A stretch of DNA of 62,614 bases from Lachnospiraceae bacterium (GTDB taxonomy: Bacteria; Bacillota; Clostridia; Lachnospirales; Bianqueaceae): assembly GCA_021442595.1 (NCBI GenBank), contig JABUST010000218.1, positions 1-62,614 on the forward strand. The letters are read 5' to 3'. Both the position numbers and the translations under genes were made by a program. The notes below the pieces were generated by a model that was not told where the DNA came from, made no database searches, and saw only the letters and a program-made list of their open reading frames with translations. Of this stretch, positions 23,712 to 34,319 are shown piece after piece. Position 1 is the first letter of the stretch. Each line of letters opens with the position of its first letter.

Positions 23712-25514
23712 TCAATCCAGCTCTGCCTTTCCGGTATACAGCTCGTAGTACCGTCCCTTCATTTCCAGCAGCTCCTCATGGGTTCCCCGCTCGATAATCT
23801 CACCGTGCTCCAGAACCATGATCTGATCCGCATTACGGACCGTGGAAAGTCTGTGGGCAATGACAAAGGTGGTACGGTTCTTCATAAGACGGTCCATACC
23901 ATGCTCGATATGGCGTTCGGTTCGGGTATCCACGGAGCTGGTAGCCTCATCCAGTACCAGAATGGGAGCCTTACTGATGGCTGCCCGGGCAATGTTCAAA
24001 AGCTGTCTCTGTCCCTGGGACAGGTTTCCCCCATCCTCCTCCAGAACAGTATCATAGCCCTTATCCAGACGCATGATGAAACTGTGGGCACTGGCAGTCT
24101 TTGCTGCCTGGACGATCTCTTCATCAGTGGCATCCAGACGGCCGAAACGGATATTGTCCTTTACGGTACCCACAAACAGATGAGTATCCTGCAGAACCAT
24201 GGCAATGTGCTGTCTCAGCTCCGTGCCATTGTAATCCTTGATGTTGACTCCATCGATGGTGATGGTGCCTTCGTTGATGTCATAGAAACGGTTCAGCAGA
24301 TTGGTGACCGTAGTCTTTCCGGCGCCGGTGGATCCCACGAAGGCCACCTTCTGACCGGGCTCCACCTGTACATTAATATGCTTCAGTACAGGCACGTCCG
24401 GATTGTAGCCAAAGGAAACATCCTCCAGGACCACCCGGCCCCGGATATTTTCCATGGGGACGGCACCCTCGTGATCCAGCTGCTCCGGCTCCTGATCCAT
24501 CATGTTAAACACACGCTCGGCACCGGCCAGAGCGGACATGATGGTAGTGACCTGGTTGGCCAGCATGCTCACGGGCATGGAGAACTGACGGGAATAGTTG
24601 ACAAAGATGGTGAGGCCACCCACATCGAAGCGTCCCAGAGCGCAGAGAATACCTCCCACCAGAGCCACCAGAGCATAACTCATCTGACCCAGGTTGCCCA
24701 TGACGGGACCCATGATGCCGCCGTAGAAGTGGGCCTTGATCTGCTTTTCAGCCAGATCCGTATTCAGCTCATTGAACTCATCAATGCAGATCTGTTCATG
24801 GTTGAACACCTTGACTACCTTCTGACCGTTGACGGATTCTTCCACGTAGCCGTTCAGCGCGCCCAAAGCTGCCTGCTGAGAACGGTAATATTTCTGACTG
24901 GCCTTGGCAAGCAGGGAAGCCAGCTTCACAAAGATGGGGATCAGAACGATGGTAATAAGGGTCAGCCAGATATTGGTGTAGACCATCATACAGAAGGTTC
25001 CCACCAGTGTCAGAGCATTGGATGCCAGATTCACCAGCGAGTTATCCAGCATCATGCCGATGTTATCCACATCGTTGGTGAACCGGCTCATGAGATCACC
25101 GGTCTGATTGGAATCAAAATATCTCACCGGCAGCTTTTGAAGCTTGGTGAAAAGATCGTTTCGAATGATCTCCAGAGTGCCCTGAGACACATGGATCATC
25201 AGCTTCTGCTCGGTATAAGTGGCAGCGATATTCAGCAGATATACGCCTCCCAAAACTGCCAGACCTCCCATAAAGCCTGTCAGCTTATCCAGACCTGCGC
25301 CCTCGATGATGTAGTTGTTGATCAGAGGACGAAGCATATAAGAGGCGGCCAGGGCTGCCAAAGTTTTGATGATGACGAAAATAAAGGAAAGAATCAGCTT
25401 CGTCAGATTACCTTCAAGGTAGGCAAGAAGGCGAACAATGGTTGCCTTGGTATTTTCAGGCTTGCGGGTATCATTGCGGCCGGGACCTCCCGGACCTCTT
25501 CTCGGACCTGCCAT
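23712..25514 (-). CDS. ABC transporter permease/ATP-binding protein (multidrug-type heterodimer subunit)
   Basis: A TM domain followed by Walker A GSTGAGKTT, signature LSQGQRQLL and Walker B LVLDEATSSVD. Confidence 0.9.
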   Translation of the reverse strand: MAGPRRGPGGPGRNDTRKPENTKATIVRLLAYLEGNLTKLILSFIFVIIKTLAALAASYMLRPLINNYIIEGAGLDKLTGFMGGLAVLGGVYLLNIAATYTEQKLMIHVSQGTLEIIRNDLFTKLQKLPVRYFDSNQTGDLMSRFTNDVDNIGMMLDNSLVNLASNALTLVGTFCMMVYTNIWLTLITIVLIPIFVKLASLLAKASQKYYRSQQAALGALNGYVEESVNGQKVVKVFNHEQICIDEFNELNTDLAEKQIKAHFYGGIMGPVMGNLGQMSYALVALVGGILCALGRFDVGGLTIFVNYSRQFSMPVSMLANQVTTIMSALAGAERVFNMMDQEPEQLDHEGAVPMENIRGRVVLEDVSFGYNPDVPVLKHINVQVEPGQKVAFVGSTGAGKTTVTNLLNRFYDINEGTITIDGVNIKDYNGTELRQHIAMVLQDTHLFVGTVKDNIRFGRLDATDEEIVQAAKTASAHSFIMRLDKGYDTVLEEDGGNLSQGQRQLLNIARAAISKAPILVLDEATSSVDTRTERHIEHGMDRLMKNRTTFVIAHRLSTVRNADQIMVLEHGEIIERGTHEELLEMKGRYYELYTGKAELD

Positions 25515-27247
25515 TACTGTGCCTCCTTTCTATCCATCTGAGAATAATAGATTTCCTGATATTCCTCATTGGAAGCCAGAAGCTCTTCATGGGTTCCCAT
25601 GCCGGTGATCTTTCCTTCATCCATGACAATGATGGTATTTGCATCCTTCACGGAAGAAATTCTCTGGGCAATGATGATCTTGGTGGTATCCTTCAGCTCC
25701 TTATGGAAGGACTCACGGATCCTTGCTTCTGTGGCAGTATCCACAGCGCTGGTGGAGTCATCCAGAATGAGGATCTTAGGATGCTTCAAAAGAGCCCTGG
25801 CAATGCAAAGACGCTGCTTCTGTCCACCGGACACATTGACGCCTCCCTGACCCAGCTCACGCTCGTAGCCATCCTTGTGGGCGCGCACGAAATCATCCGC
25901 TTGCGCATTTTTACAGGCAGCAGTGATCTCCTCATCTGTCGCATTGGGATCGCCCCAGAGCATATTCTTCTTAACACTGCCGGAGAACAGAACGTTCTTC
26001 TGCAGCACCATGCCTACAGCCTCACGGAGATTAAACAGAGAATAATCTTTGACATTCACTCCATCCACCAGCACTTCACCTTCGTCAACATCGTAGAGAC
26101 GGGGAATCATGCTGACCAGAGTGGTCTTTCCGCAGCCGGTGGAACCGATGATGCCCACGATGCTGCCGGGCTCAATGGTCACATTGATATTGTCCAGAAC
26201 CTTCTCTTCACTATTCTTATAATAACGGAAGCTTACATTTCTGAATTCGATGCGTCCTTCCTGAACCTGCTTATCCTTCTGCTCTGCATAGACGTCGCTG
26301 ATATCTACTTTCTCATCCAGCACTTCTCCCAGACGTTTGCTGGAAGCTGCAGCTCTGGATGCGCTGAGGAAGATCATGGAGACCATCATGAGAGAACTGA
26401 GAATCTGAGTGATGTATGTGACAAAAGCCGTCAGATCTCCCAGCTTCATGGTTCCCACCATGACCATCTTTCCTCCGAACCACAGAACAGCCAGAGATGA
26501 AAAGTTCATGACCAGGCTCATGGTGGGCATGATGAGGATCATCAGATTCATGGCGTACAATCCGGACTTTTTCAGATTGGCGTTGGATTCAAAAAACTTT
26601 TCTTTCTCGTAATCATCCCGGACAAAGGACTTGATGACACGCACATTGGTAATGTTTTCCTGCACATTGGTATTCAGGGCATCAATCTTTTCCTGCATGA
26701 TCTTGAATCTGGGGAATCCCCGAAAGACCACAAACACCATGACGGCAACCATGATAGGAATGGCGATGCACAAAACCAGTGCCAGGCGGGCATTGAGCTG
26801 CAGTGCCATAATCAACGCACCGATCAGCATGCCGGGAGCACGGAGCATCATTCTCAAACACATATCCACAAAGTTCTGCAGCTGGGTGATGTCATTGGTC
26901 AGTCTGGTTACCAATGAACCAGTGGAGAACTTATCAATATTACTGAAAGAGAACTCCTGGACCTTGCGATAAGCATCCCTGCGGATGTCTTTACCGAAGT
27001 TAATAGAAGCTTTGGCGCCAAAATAAGCACCGCCGACGCCGCCCACCACCATCAACAGAGATGTTGCAATCATCAGGATGCCCATTGATACGATGTATCC
27101 CACATCTTGATTGCTGACACCGCCGTTAATGATGTTGGCAAAGAACTTGGGCATAAAGACCTCGCCCAGTACCTCCACGATCATCAAAAGGGGGCCCACA
27201 ATAAAATATGCCAGATACGGTTTGATGTACTTGAACCATCTTTTCAT
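25514..27247 (-). CDS. ABC transporter permease/ATP-binding protein (multidrug-type heterodimer subunit)
   Basis: Walker A GSTGCGKTT, signature VSGGQKQRL and Walker B LILDDSTSAVD. I moved the start to ATG 27247, which follows the RBS ggaggaag. Confidence 0.9.
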   Translation of the reverse strand: MKRWFKYIKPYLAYFIVGPLLMIVEVLGEVFMPKFFANIINGGVSNQDVGYIVSMGILMIATSLLMVVGGVGGAYFGAKASINFGKDIRRDAYRKVQEFSFSNIDKFSTGSLVTRLTNDITQLQNFVDMCLRMMLRAPGMLIGALIMALQLNARLALVLCIAIPIMVAVMVFVVFRGFPRFKIMQEKIDALNTNVQENITNVRVIKSFVRDDYEKEKFFESNANLKKSGLYAMNLMILIMPTMSLVMNFSSLAVLWFGGKMVMVGTMKLGDLTAFVTYITQILSSLMMVSMIFLSASRAAASSKRLGEVLDEKVDISDVYAEQKDKQVQEGRIEFRNVSFRYYKNSEEKVLDNINVTIEPGSIVGIIGSTGCGKTTLVSMIPRLYDVDEGEVLVDGVNVKDYSLFNLREAVGMVLQKNVLFSGSVKKNMLWGDPNATDEEITAACKNAQADDFVRAHKDGYERELGQGGVNVSGGQKQRLCIARALLKHPKILILDDSTSAVDTATEARIRESFHKELKDTTKIIIAQRISSVKDANTIIVMDEGKITGMGTHEELLASNEEYQEIYYSQMDRKEAQ

Positions 27248-27389
27248 ATAATTACTTCCTCCTCTCCTTCCTTGGATGACCTGTTCATCCAAAACCGATA
27301 TAGATAATATTATAAACCAAAGACCCATGAGGAATAAAGTCCCATGGGTCCTTGATTTATAAAATGTTTAACAGAATATGGTTCCAAAA

Positions 27390-28220
27390 TCAGAACAAAT
27401 GCCCAAAACCCATATCCACAAGATTGTCGTGACTGATCTTCAGGCTCTCCAGAGGATCCCGACCGTAGGTATCATCCTGCTCCACGAAGAAGAACTCGCA
27501 GCCGCAGTCAAGACCTGCTTCCACGCATTCCCGGACGGGAAGGTTGCCCTCACCCACCTCGGCAAATTCCACATACTGCCCGTCAAAGCCGTCCCGGAAG
27601 AATTTCTCTCCGCTGATGCGGTAATCCTTCAGATGCAGCAGGCGCACTCTTCCGTTAAAGCGCCGGATGATCTTTACAGGGTTCTCGCCCCCTCGCTGGA
27701 TCCAGTGGATATCCAGTTCAAAGCCGATATTCTCCGTGTTATCCTTGATATGATCGATGACATACTTGCCCTTCATCTTTACAAACTCCATATGGTGAGT
27801 ATGGAAATATAGATCAATGCCGTTTTCCTTAAGGATAGCGCCGTAGCGGTCGATCTCACGGATGTATTCCATCAGATAATCGTAGTCAACAACACATTGG
27901 GAAGGCAGAATACCGATGCGCACTGTGGGGCAGTGAACCGCTTTGCATCCTGCGATAAGCTGTTCCAGATCGGCATGTAAACTGTGTACGGGATAATTGG
28001 GATAAGCGTCCAGAACGGTACTGACAGCTCCCACCCGGATGCCGAAGTCCTCCTGAGCTTTCAGAAGGTCCTGAATGACTTCCGGTGTCAGGGCCATCCA
28101 GCTGACTTCGATATAATGATATCCGATCTCAGAGCAGCGGCGCAGTGTTTCGTACAGTCCGTACTTTTCGATCACAGGTTTGATCAGCAGCATCTGTATA
28201 CCGATATGAGATTGTGCCAT
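27390..28220 (-). CDS. sugar phosphate isomerase/epimerase (xylose isomerase-like TIM barrel)
   Basis: A 276-aa protein with a pattern typical of the AP_endonuc_2 / TIM barrel family (HLKDY, EVGEGNL, VEQD). Confidence 0.7.
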   Translation of the reverse strand: MAQSHIGIQMLLIKPVIEKYGLYETLRRCSEIGYHYIEVSWMALTPEVIQDLLKAQEDFGIRVGAVSTVLDAYPNYPVHSLHADLEQLIAGCKAVHCPTVRIGILPSQCVVDYDYLMEYIREIDRYGAILKENGIDLYFHTHHMEFVKMKGKYVIDHIKDNTENIGFELDIHWIQRGGENPVKIIRRFNGRVRLLHLKDYRISGEKFFRDGFDGQYVEFAEVGEGNLPVRECVEAGLDCGCEFFFVEQDDTYGRDPLESLKISHDNLVDMGFGHLF

Positions 28221-28402
28221 GATGTTCTCCTTTTCAAAACATTGAATTTAAAATTGATTCGAGCTCATATGGAATGATGTCATACAAGAATGTCTTTTCC
28301 TGACAGAGAATCCTACCTGTATGATGAAATAGTGTCTGAATGCTCGATCGGAGGCCGTTCCATTACTGGAAAAGCCTCCGATCGAATAAAAGTCAAAGAA
28401 AA

Positions 28403-28864
28403 TTATTTCAGATTTTTCTTCATGCGGGCAAGGAAGTCCTTCAGCTGTTCCTTTTCCTCTGCGGTGAAATCGCTCAGAGCAATCTCTTCGATTCCAACAA
28501 AGTACTTGACGGATTCACGAACCACATCCTTACCTTTACGGGTAAAGTTGATATCATTATATCTGTTATCTCTTTCAGAAATGATCTTTTCGATGTAGTT
28601 CATAGCAGAAAGCTTCTTAAGGTTAACTGCAACAGCAGCAGGGGTAACACCCATTTCCTTTGCTACCATCTTCTGGCTGACGGTCTTTCCATCGCCCATG
28701 GCTGCCATCTTCATGAGAAGCTTATGCTGACTGCGCTGAATGCCGAACTTCTCGATGAACTCATCTTTTCTTACTCTGAGAGCGTCATTCACATCTGAAT
28801 AGAGATTCATGATGTCTTTTACTGTCTTGTCAATTTCTGCCACTTTAGGTTCCTCCAAAATCAA
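28403..28864 (-). CDS. MarR family transcriptional regulator
   Basis: A 153-aa protein. GIQRSQHKLLMKMAAMGDGKTVSQKMVAKEMGVTPAAVAVNLKKLSAMNYIEK is a winged HTH. Confidence 0.8.
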   Translation of the reverse strand: MILEEPKVAEIDKTVKDIMNLYSDVNDALRVRKDEFIEKFGIQRSQHKLLMKMAAMGDGKTVSQKMVAKEMGVTPAAVAVNLKKLSAMNYIEKIISERDNRYNDINFTRKGKDVVRESVKYFVGIEEIALSDFTAEEKEQLKDFLARMKKNLK

Positions 28865-29038
28865 GATCCTATGAATCCTGGAATTTTAAATACATAATAA
28901 TGGATAAGACCGCATGTGTCAACAATATTCATGAACAAACGCATTAATGAATGCTCTTTGAAAACCTCTATCCGTCAATTAAAGAGCGATTTTCTATGAA
29001 AACAGAGAAATGATCTGTCCTTGAGAATTTTGTATTCT

Positions 29039-29488
29039 TTACTTAAGTTCGAAAATACCCTCGATCTCCACAGGCTGATTGCCGGGAAGAGAAACCATGC
29101 CTACTGCGCTTCTGGAAGGAGCCTCTCCAAAAAGATCCACCAGTACCTGGCTTCCTCCGTTAGCTACCTTGGGCTGATCGTAGAAATCAGGATCGGAACC
29201 CACGAACACCAGGATCTTAATGCACTTCTTTACATTTTCCAGACCCACATTGGCATCCACCACACTGAGAAGATTCAAAACAGCATTTTTGGCGCACTGC
29301 TGTCCCTGCTCGATGGTCAGCTCCTTACCCAGCTTTCCGTGAACTGCATCCCCCTCCAGATCGCTTCCGCAGCCGGAGATGTAGACCAGCTTCTCGCCAA
29401 AAGGCATGCACTGAGTGTAGAGACCACCCTTGGCAGGTGCCGGAGGCAGGACGATATTTTTTTCCTTCATGATTTCATAGATACCCAT
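29039..29488 (-). CDS. RidA/YjgF-family protein
   Basis: A 149-aa protein with ...VYISGCGS...VGMVSLPGNQPVEIEGIFEL, characteristic of the endoribonuclease L-PSP fold. Confidence 0.75.
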   Translation of the reverse strand: MGIYEIMKEKNIVLPPAPAKGGLYTQCMPFGEKLVYISGCGSDLEGDAVHGKLGKELTIEQGQQCAKNAVLNLLSVVDANVGLENVKKCIKILVFVGSDPDFYDQPKVANGGSQVLVDLFGEAPSRSAVGMVSLPGNQPVEIEGIFELK

Positions 29489-29549
29489 GTTGATACTCCT
29501 TTATTCTTTCCCAGGGATATTCCCGCAATTGAATTCCTTAATTTCAAGT

Positions 29550-30128
29550 TCAATGCTCATTCAGTTCATCCAGTGTTACATTAAACTCAGGAATGCACTC
29601 TCTCATAAAATCCTCCACCGCCGGAAGCTTCATATTCATTATGGAATCGTAGAGCTGCTGCTCCGCCTTGATAAATTCCATATTTCCGCTTCTTCTCTCC
29701 TCCAGACATTTGGTATAAGCGGCGATCTTATCCGCAGCCTTTACCAAAAGCTTTTCCTCCGGATCAGACGGTTGGATCAGAGGTCGATAGTCTTCTTTCA
29801 GGTCCTCCGGAAGCATGGAGATCATTCTCTCCTCCGCTTCCTTTTCGATCTTTTTATAGGCGGACCGGATCTCCTCATTGTAATACTTGATAGGTGTTAC
29901 CAGATCTCCAGTAATTACCTCGGCAGTCTCATGATACACCGCCAGGGCCATCACATGCTCTGGATCCAAATGTCCGTTGTATCGTTTATTCTGAATCAGA
30001 GCCAGAGCATGGGCGAACATGGCCACCTGCAGAGAATGCTCCTGTATATTTTCTTCTCTGAAGGAGGGCATCAATCCCCATCTCTTAATATGCTTCATCC
30101 GTGATATATAGGCAAAAAAACGGCTCAT
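29550..30128 (-). CDS. HD-domain 5'-deoxynucleotidase YfbR-like
   Basis: Contains IKRWGLM...ENIQEHSLQVAMFAHALA...VYHETAEVITGDLVTPIKY. Confidence 0.8.
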   Translation of the reverse strand: MSRFFAYISRMKHIKRWGLMPSFREENIQEHSLQVAMFAHALALIQNKRYNGHLDPEHVMALAVYHETAEVITGDLVTPIKYYNEEIRSAYKKIEKEAEERMISMLPEDLKEDYRPLIQPSDPEEKLLVKAADKIAAYTKCLEERRSGNMEFIKAEQQLYDSIMNMKLPAVEDFMRECIPEFNVTLDELNEH

Positions 30129-31231
30129 AGAATCCGTCCCTCCGAAACATGATACAAATCGCAGTCGGGAAGAGAGCGAATGCTGTCCTCCACACCGGTA
30201 CAGGTAAGGATGGTCTGATGATCCTTAATATACGCCGACAGCTGCATCTGCCGCTGCCTGTCCAGCTCACTCATCACATCATCCAGCAAAAGCACAGGAG
30301 CTTCTCCTGTTTCATCCTTCATCATCTGCAGCTCTGCCAGCTTCAGTGATAAAGCGCTGGTCCTCTGCTGCCCCTGAGATCCGTAGGTCCTTACCTCTAC
30401 ACCGTTAAGAGAAATGATCATATCATCATGCTGGGGACCGTCACCGGTATTTCCAAGTCTCATATCTCTGTCCAGATGGCGCTCTAAAGCCTCCAGAAAT
30501 GTTTCTTCCTCCATAGGTGCCTGAGGAGCATAACGGATAGTCATGATCTCCTTCTGCTTTGATCCGGCGGTGATCTCACTGTGGATACGGGCAGTATATT
30601 CCTCCAGCTTTTTCACAAAAGCTTCCCGGCGCTTCATGATCCGAATGCCATAGTATACCAGCTGCCGGTCCCAGGCAAAGATGGTATCTGTCAGCGCTTT
30701 TCTGTCTCCTGTGTCCTTCAGAAGCTCATTTCTCTGCTTCAGCACATGATAGTACTGCTGCAGATCATGCAGATAGACCGCATCCATCTGGGAAAGCTCC
30801 ATATCTATGAACTTTCGCCTAAGCAGGGGACTGCTTTTAATGATAGAAAGATCTTCCGGAGAAAATACCACCACATGAAACCTTCCGATCAGTTCACTGA
30901 TCTTATGAATAGGATAGTCATTCACCCGAATGATCTTACGCCCTCTTTTTTTCAGGCTGATATCTATTTTCTCTTCTTTACCCCTGATCTCATAAACCAG
31001 AGATATCAGTGTCTCATCCTTTCCGTGACGGATGCATTCCTTCTCATTTGTGGTGCGGTGAGAACGGCCCGTAGCGCAGAAAAACACAGCTTCCAGAAGA
31101 TTCGTTTTCCCCTGCGCATTATCCCCGTAGAAAATATTGATGCCTTCCTTCATGTCCAGAGAAAGCTCTTCATAATTACGGTAATCGCGCAGCAAAAGAC
31201 GCTTTACATGCATATTATTCTTCCGTTTCAA
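30125..31231 (-). CDS. recF: DNA replication/repair protein RecF
   Basis: Contains LLLRDYRNYE, GDNAQGKTNLLEA and LLLDDVMSELD, and sits after dnaN-yaaA. Confidence 0.95.
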   Translation of the reverse strand: MKRKNNMHVKRLLLRDYRNYEELSLDMKEGINIFYGDNAQGKTNLLEAVFFCATGRSHRTTNEKECIRHGKDETLISLVYEIRGKEEKIDISLKKRGRKIIRVNDYPIHKISELIGRFHVVVFSPEDLSIIKSSPLLRRKFIDMELSQMDAVYLHDLQQYYHVLKQRNELLKDTGDRKALTDTIFAWDRQLVYYGIRIMKRREAFVKKLEEYTARIHSEITAGSKQKEIMTIRYAPQAPMEEETFLEALERHLDRDMRLGNTGDGPQHDDMIISLNGVEVRTYGSQGQQRTSALSLKLAELQMMKDETGEAPVLLLDDVMSELDRQRQMQLSAYIKDHQTILTCTGVEDSIRSLPDCDLYHVSEGRIL

Positions 31232-31433
31232 TCAGGTAGCTTTCGCCGCCGGCTTCTACCACGTCACCGGTGCGCAGCTTCTTACGGATAACATCCGTGA
31301 CCTCTCCATTCACTTTGACATCACCGTTTTCGATTATCTCTCTGGCATGCCCGCCTGTATAGGCAATACTTTCCAGTTTAAGAAACTGATTCAGCTGAAT
31401 GTACTCACCGGATACTTTAACTGTTTTCATCAT
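31215..31433 (-). CDS. yaaA: S4-domain RNA-binding protein YaaA
   Basis: A 72-aa protein with IQLNQFLKLESIAYTGGHAREIIENGDVKVNGEV, located between dnaN and recF. Confidence 0.85.
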   Translation of the reverse strand: MMKTVKVSGEYIQLNQFLKLESIAYTGGHAREIIENGDVKVNGEVTDVIRKKLRTGDVVEAGGESYLIETEE

Positions 31434-31454
31434 GACTCAGATGCTCTGCTGCGA

Positions 31455-32564
31455 TCAGCCGTGGAGACGGATGGGAAGAATGAAATACTTATAATCTCCT
31501 CCTTCCTCACCTTCAATGATGCAGGGAGTCAGAGCAGAAGAGAAATTGATAATGATGGTATCATCACTGATGGCTTTAAGAGCATCCATGTAATATTTGG
31601 GATTGAAAGCAATATTCAGAGGCTCACCCTCCTTCATATCCACTTCCACCTCTTCACGGGCAGTTCCGGTCTCCGCATTGGAAGTGATGACCATCTTATT
31701 CTCATCAATTTCAAGACGGATAGGGCTGTTCTTGCTCTCACGGCTAATCAGAGCAGCTCTGTCCACACTGTCCAGCAGATCCTTTCTGGAAACGGAGATC
31801 TTTGTTTTGAAATCCATGGACAGATTTCTCTCGTAATCCAGGAAGTTGCCCTCAAGCAGACGGGTCAGCACCACAGTCCGATTGATATTGAACATAGCAT
31901 GCTTACCGGTAAATACCATGGTAGCCACAGACTCTTCCTCAGAATCCAGTATCTTGCAGATCTCACTGAGAGCCTTGCCGGGGATGGTCACCTTGAAATT
32001 ATTGCTGCTGATAACAGGGGTCTTCTTCATGGAGATGCGAAATCCATCCACAGCAACGATATACAGATTTCCGTCCCTCACATCAAACAGTTCGCCGGTC
32101 AGTACAGGACGTCCGCTGTTTTCGGGAGCAATGGAAAAGATAGTATTACTAATCATATCCCTGAGCACAGCCTGATTGATCATAATCTCCTGTTCCTTTT
32201 TGATTTCAGGAAGTCTGGGAAAATCCTTTCCGGACAGAGTACCCATGGTAAACTTGGAGCGAGCGCACTCAATACTCATCTGACCCTCATTGGTTGTCTC
32301 GATTTTCACATCTTCATCGGGAAGACGGCGAATAATCTCACCGAACATACGGGCATTGACAGCTACGCTTCCTTCCGTGCGGACAACTGCTTCAATGGAA
32401 GTCTGAATGCCCATCTCAAGATCATTGCCCAGCAAGGTCAGTGTGTCCCCGGATCCATCCAGAAGAATATCTTCCAGAATCGGCATGGTGGTTCTGACAG
32501 AAACAGCCTTTGAAACGGTACCTACTGCTTTCAGCAGGTCATTGCGATTACATACGATGTTCAT
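31455..32564 (-). CDS. dnaN: DNA polymerase III beta sliding clamp
   Basis: MNIVCNRNDLLKAV...PILEDILL, and sits after dnaA. I moved the start to ATG 32564, 5 nt after the RBS ggaga. Confidence 0.95.
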   Translation of the reverse strand: MNIVCNRNDLLKAVGTVSKAVSVRTTMPILEDILLDGSGDTLTLLGNDLEMGIQTSIEAVVRTEGSVAVNARMFGEIIRRLPDEDVKIETTNEGQMSIECARSKFTMGTLSGKDFPRLPEIKKEQEIMINQAVLRDMISNTIFSIAPENSGRPVLTGELFDVRDGNLYIVAVDGFRISMKKTPVISSNNFKVTIPGKALSEICKILDSEEESVATMVFTGKHAMFNINRTVVLTRLLEGNFLDYERNLSMDFKTKISVSRKDLLDSVDRAALISRESKNSPIRLEIDENKMVITSNAETGTAREEVEVDMKEGEPLNIAFNPKYYMDALKAISDDTIIINFSSALTPCIIEGEEGGDYKYFILPIRLHG

Positions 32565-32585
32565 ATGGATCTCCTTTCCGAACAT

Positions 32586-32969
32586 AAACTTTCATTCGGT
32601 CAATGATGACCGGGTTTTTCACCGAGGGCAAGTCCCACGGAGGATGGTTGTCATCCCATCTTTGTATTGTTTTTTTTACAGTAGTTCTCTTCATAGTAGG
32701 GTGGGTAAAGTGGAAAAGTACCTCCAGCCCCCTGAAATAAAGAAAAGTGTCTGTGGAGAAAAAGTGAAAAAGGCAGTGGAAAAGCAGAGAAGCTGTCCAC
32801 CTTTTTCACAGGAGGATGATCTGCGGCGCTTGAAGGGTTGGATCTTTCCACAGAAAAGATTTTATTCCACAGGATGTTCACCTTGAAATAACAGAGTTGC
32901 TCACATAAAAGACGGTACTTATCCACAAAAAATGTGAATAAACAGGAAAACTCTGTGTAAAACAGGCTC
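32586..32969. other. oriC segment (dnaA-dnaN intergenic DnaA-box cluster)
   Basis: A perfect TTATCCACA lies at 32919-32927. TGTGGAGAA at 32752-32760 has one mismatch. Several two-mismatch boxes are present (ctttccaca, tattccaca). Confidence 0.7.
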
Positions 32970-34319
32970 TTATTCGCCGGTGATCCGCTTTTCCATATCC
33001 TGAATACTTCTTCTGAGCTCGTCTCCATTTGGACCCTTCAGATCTTCTGCTATCTTATTGCAGGCATGGATAACAGTGGTGTGATCCCTTCCTCCGAAAA
33101 AGCTTCCGATACTGGAGAGTGGTTCTTCTGTCATTTTGCGGGAAAGATACATGGCAATCTGACGGGGATAGGCGATCTCTTTAGGCTTTTTCTTGGAGCG
33201 GATATCTTCTGCTTTCAGGTTGTAGCGCTCGCAGACGATGTCAATGATATCCGGTACGGTAATGGTTTTCATGATACCACTTCCCATATAATCCTTCAAT
33301 GCTTCCTGAGCCATGGAGATGTCGATTTTTTGGTCCGGAGCCAAAAGAGAATAAGCGGAGACCCGGGTCAGGGCACCCTCCAGCTCACGAATGTTGGAAG
33401 CCACATTATTGGCAATATAGCTCAGCACCGGAATATCAATATTCATATGGTTCATATCTGCTTTTTGCTGCAGAATGGCTACTCGGGTTTCATAATCGGG
33501 AGCCTTAATGTCTGCCACCATGCCGGATTTGAAACGGCTGGTCATTCTTTCATTCAGGGATTTAAGCTCGGAAGGATGGCGATCTCCTGAAATGACGATC
33601 TGTCGTCCGTTTTCATAGAGGGCATTAAATGTATGGAAGAATTCCTCCTGGGTGCTTTCTTTTCCTTCAATAAACTGAATATCATCAATAAGCAGCACAT
33701 CAATGGAGCGGTATTTGGCCCGGAATTCATCAGTCTTTCTGTCACTGATGGAAGAGATAAGCTCATTGGTAAAGCTTTCGGAAGTAATGTAAAGCACTTT
33801 TTTCTCCGGGTCGGTAGTAAGCACCTGATGGGCGATGGACTGCATCAGATGTGTTTTTCCCAGACCGGGATTTCCCCAGATGAACAGGGGATTGTAGATC
33901 TGACCGGGCATCTCCGCAACAGCAAGGGCTGAAGCGAAGGCCAGAGCATTATTGTTTCCTTTGATGAAGTTATCAAAGGTATATTTTGGATTCAATCCGG
34001 AAGCTTTTGAAAGGTCGGAAAGAATGATCTCTCGGGTGACTTCCGTGCTGACGGTAGGGGTATAGGTATCTTTCAGGAATACTTTAAAGGAAAGATTCGG
34101 ATAACCCATGTCTTCAAAGGCCTGCTTGATGTCTCTGGAATATCTGGGTTCAATGATGTTCAGCGCGATTTTCTCCGTAGTCTCCATAATCAGAACCTTG
34201 TCCTGCTCGACCGTAATGGGGGAAAGTCCTGAAAACCAGGAATCAAAGACAACATGGGAAAGCTTCTTACTTAATATATCCAGAAGCTCCGTAAAGATTT
34301 TGTTTGCATCCATGGACAT
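32970..34319 (-). CDS. dnaA: chromosomal replication initiator DnaA
   Basis: Contains NPLFIWGNPGLGKTHLMQSIAH, LLIDDIQF and the C-terminal DHTTVIHACNKI. Confidence 0.97.
   Translation of the reverse strand: MSMDANKIFTELLDILSKKLSHVVFDSWFSGLSPITVEQDKVLIMETTEKIALNIIEPRYSRDIKQAFEDMGYPNLSFKVFLKDTYTPTVSTEVTREIILSDLSKASGLNPKYTFDNFIKGNNNALAFASALAVAEMPGQIYNPLFIWGNPGLGKTHLMQSIAHQVLTTDPEKKVLYITSESFTNELISSISDRKTDEFRAKYRSIDVLLIDDIQFIEGKESTQEEFFHTFNALYENGRQIVISGDRHPSELKSLNERMTSRFKSGMVADIKAPDYETRVAILQQKADMNHMNIDIPVLSYIANNVASNIRELEGALTRVSAYSLLAPDQKIDISMAQEALKDYMGSGIMKTITVPDIIDIVCERYNLKAEDIRSKKKPKEIAYPRQIAMYLSRKMTEEPLSSIGSFFGGRDHTTVIHACNKIAEDLKGPNGDELRRSIQDMEKRITGE

Noticed and set aside
23703-25541. A 612-aa plus-strand ORF, opposite the ABC transporter gene.
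   Set aside because: It is an antisense shadow ORF. Its translation is low-complexity and rich in H, Q, G and L, with no motifs. The minus-strand product has complete ABC motifs.
28342-28387. A long 13-bp hairpin (ctcgatcggaggc ... gcctccgatcgag) between marR and the isomerase gene, considered as a terminator or riboregulator.
   Set aside because: There is no U-tract on either strand, the loop is 18 nt, and no conserved motif is recognisable. I noted it only as a possible weak terminator.
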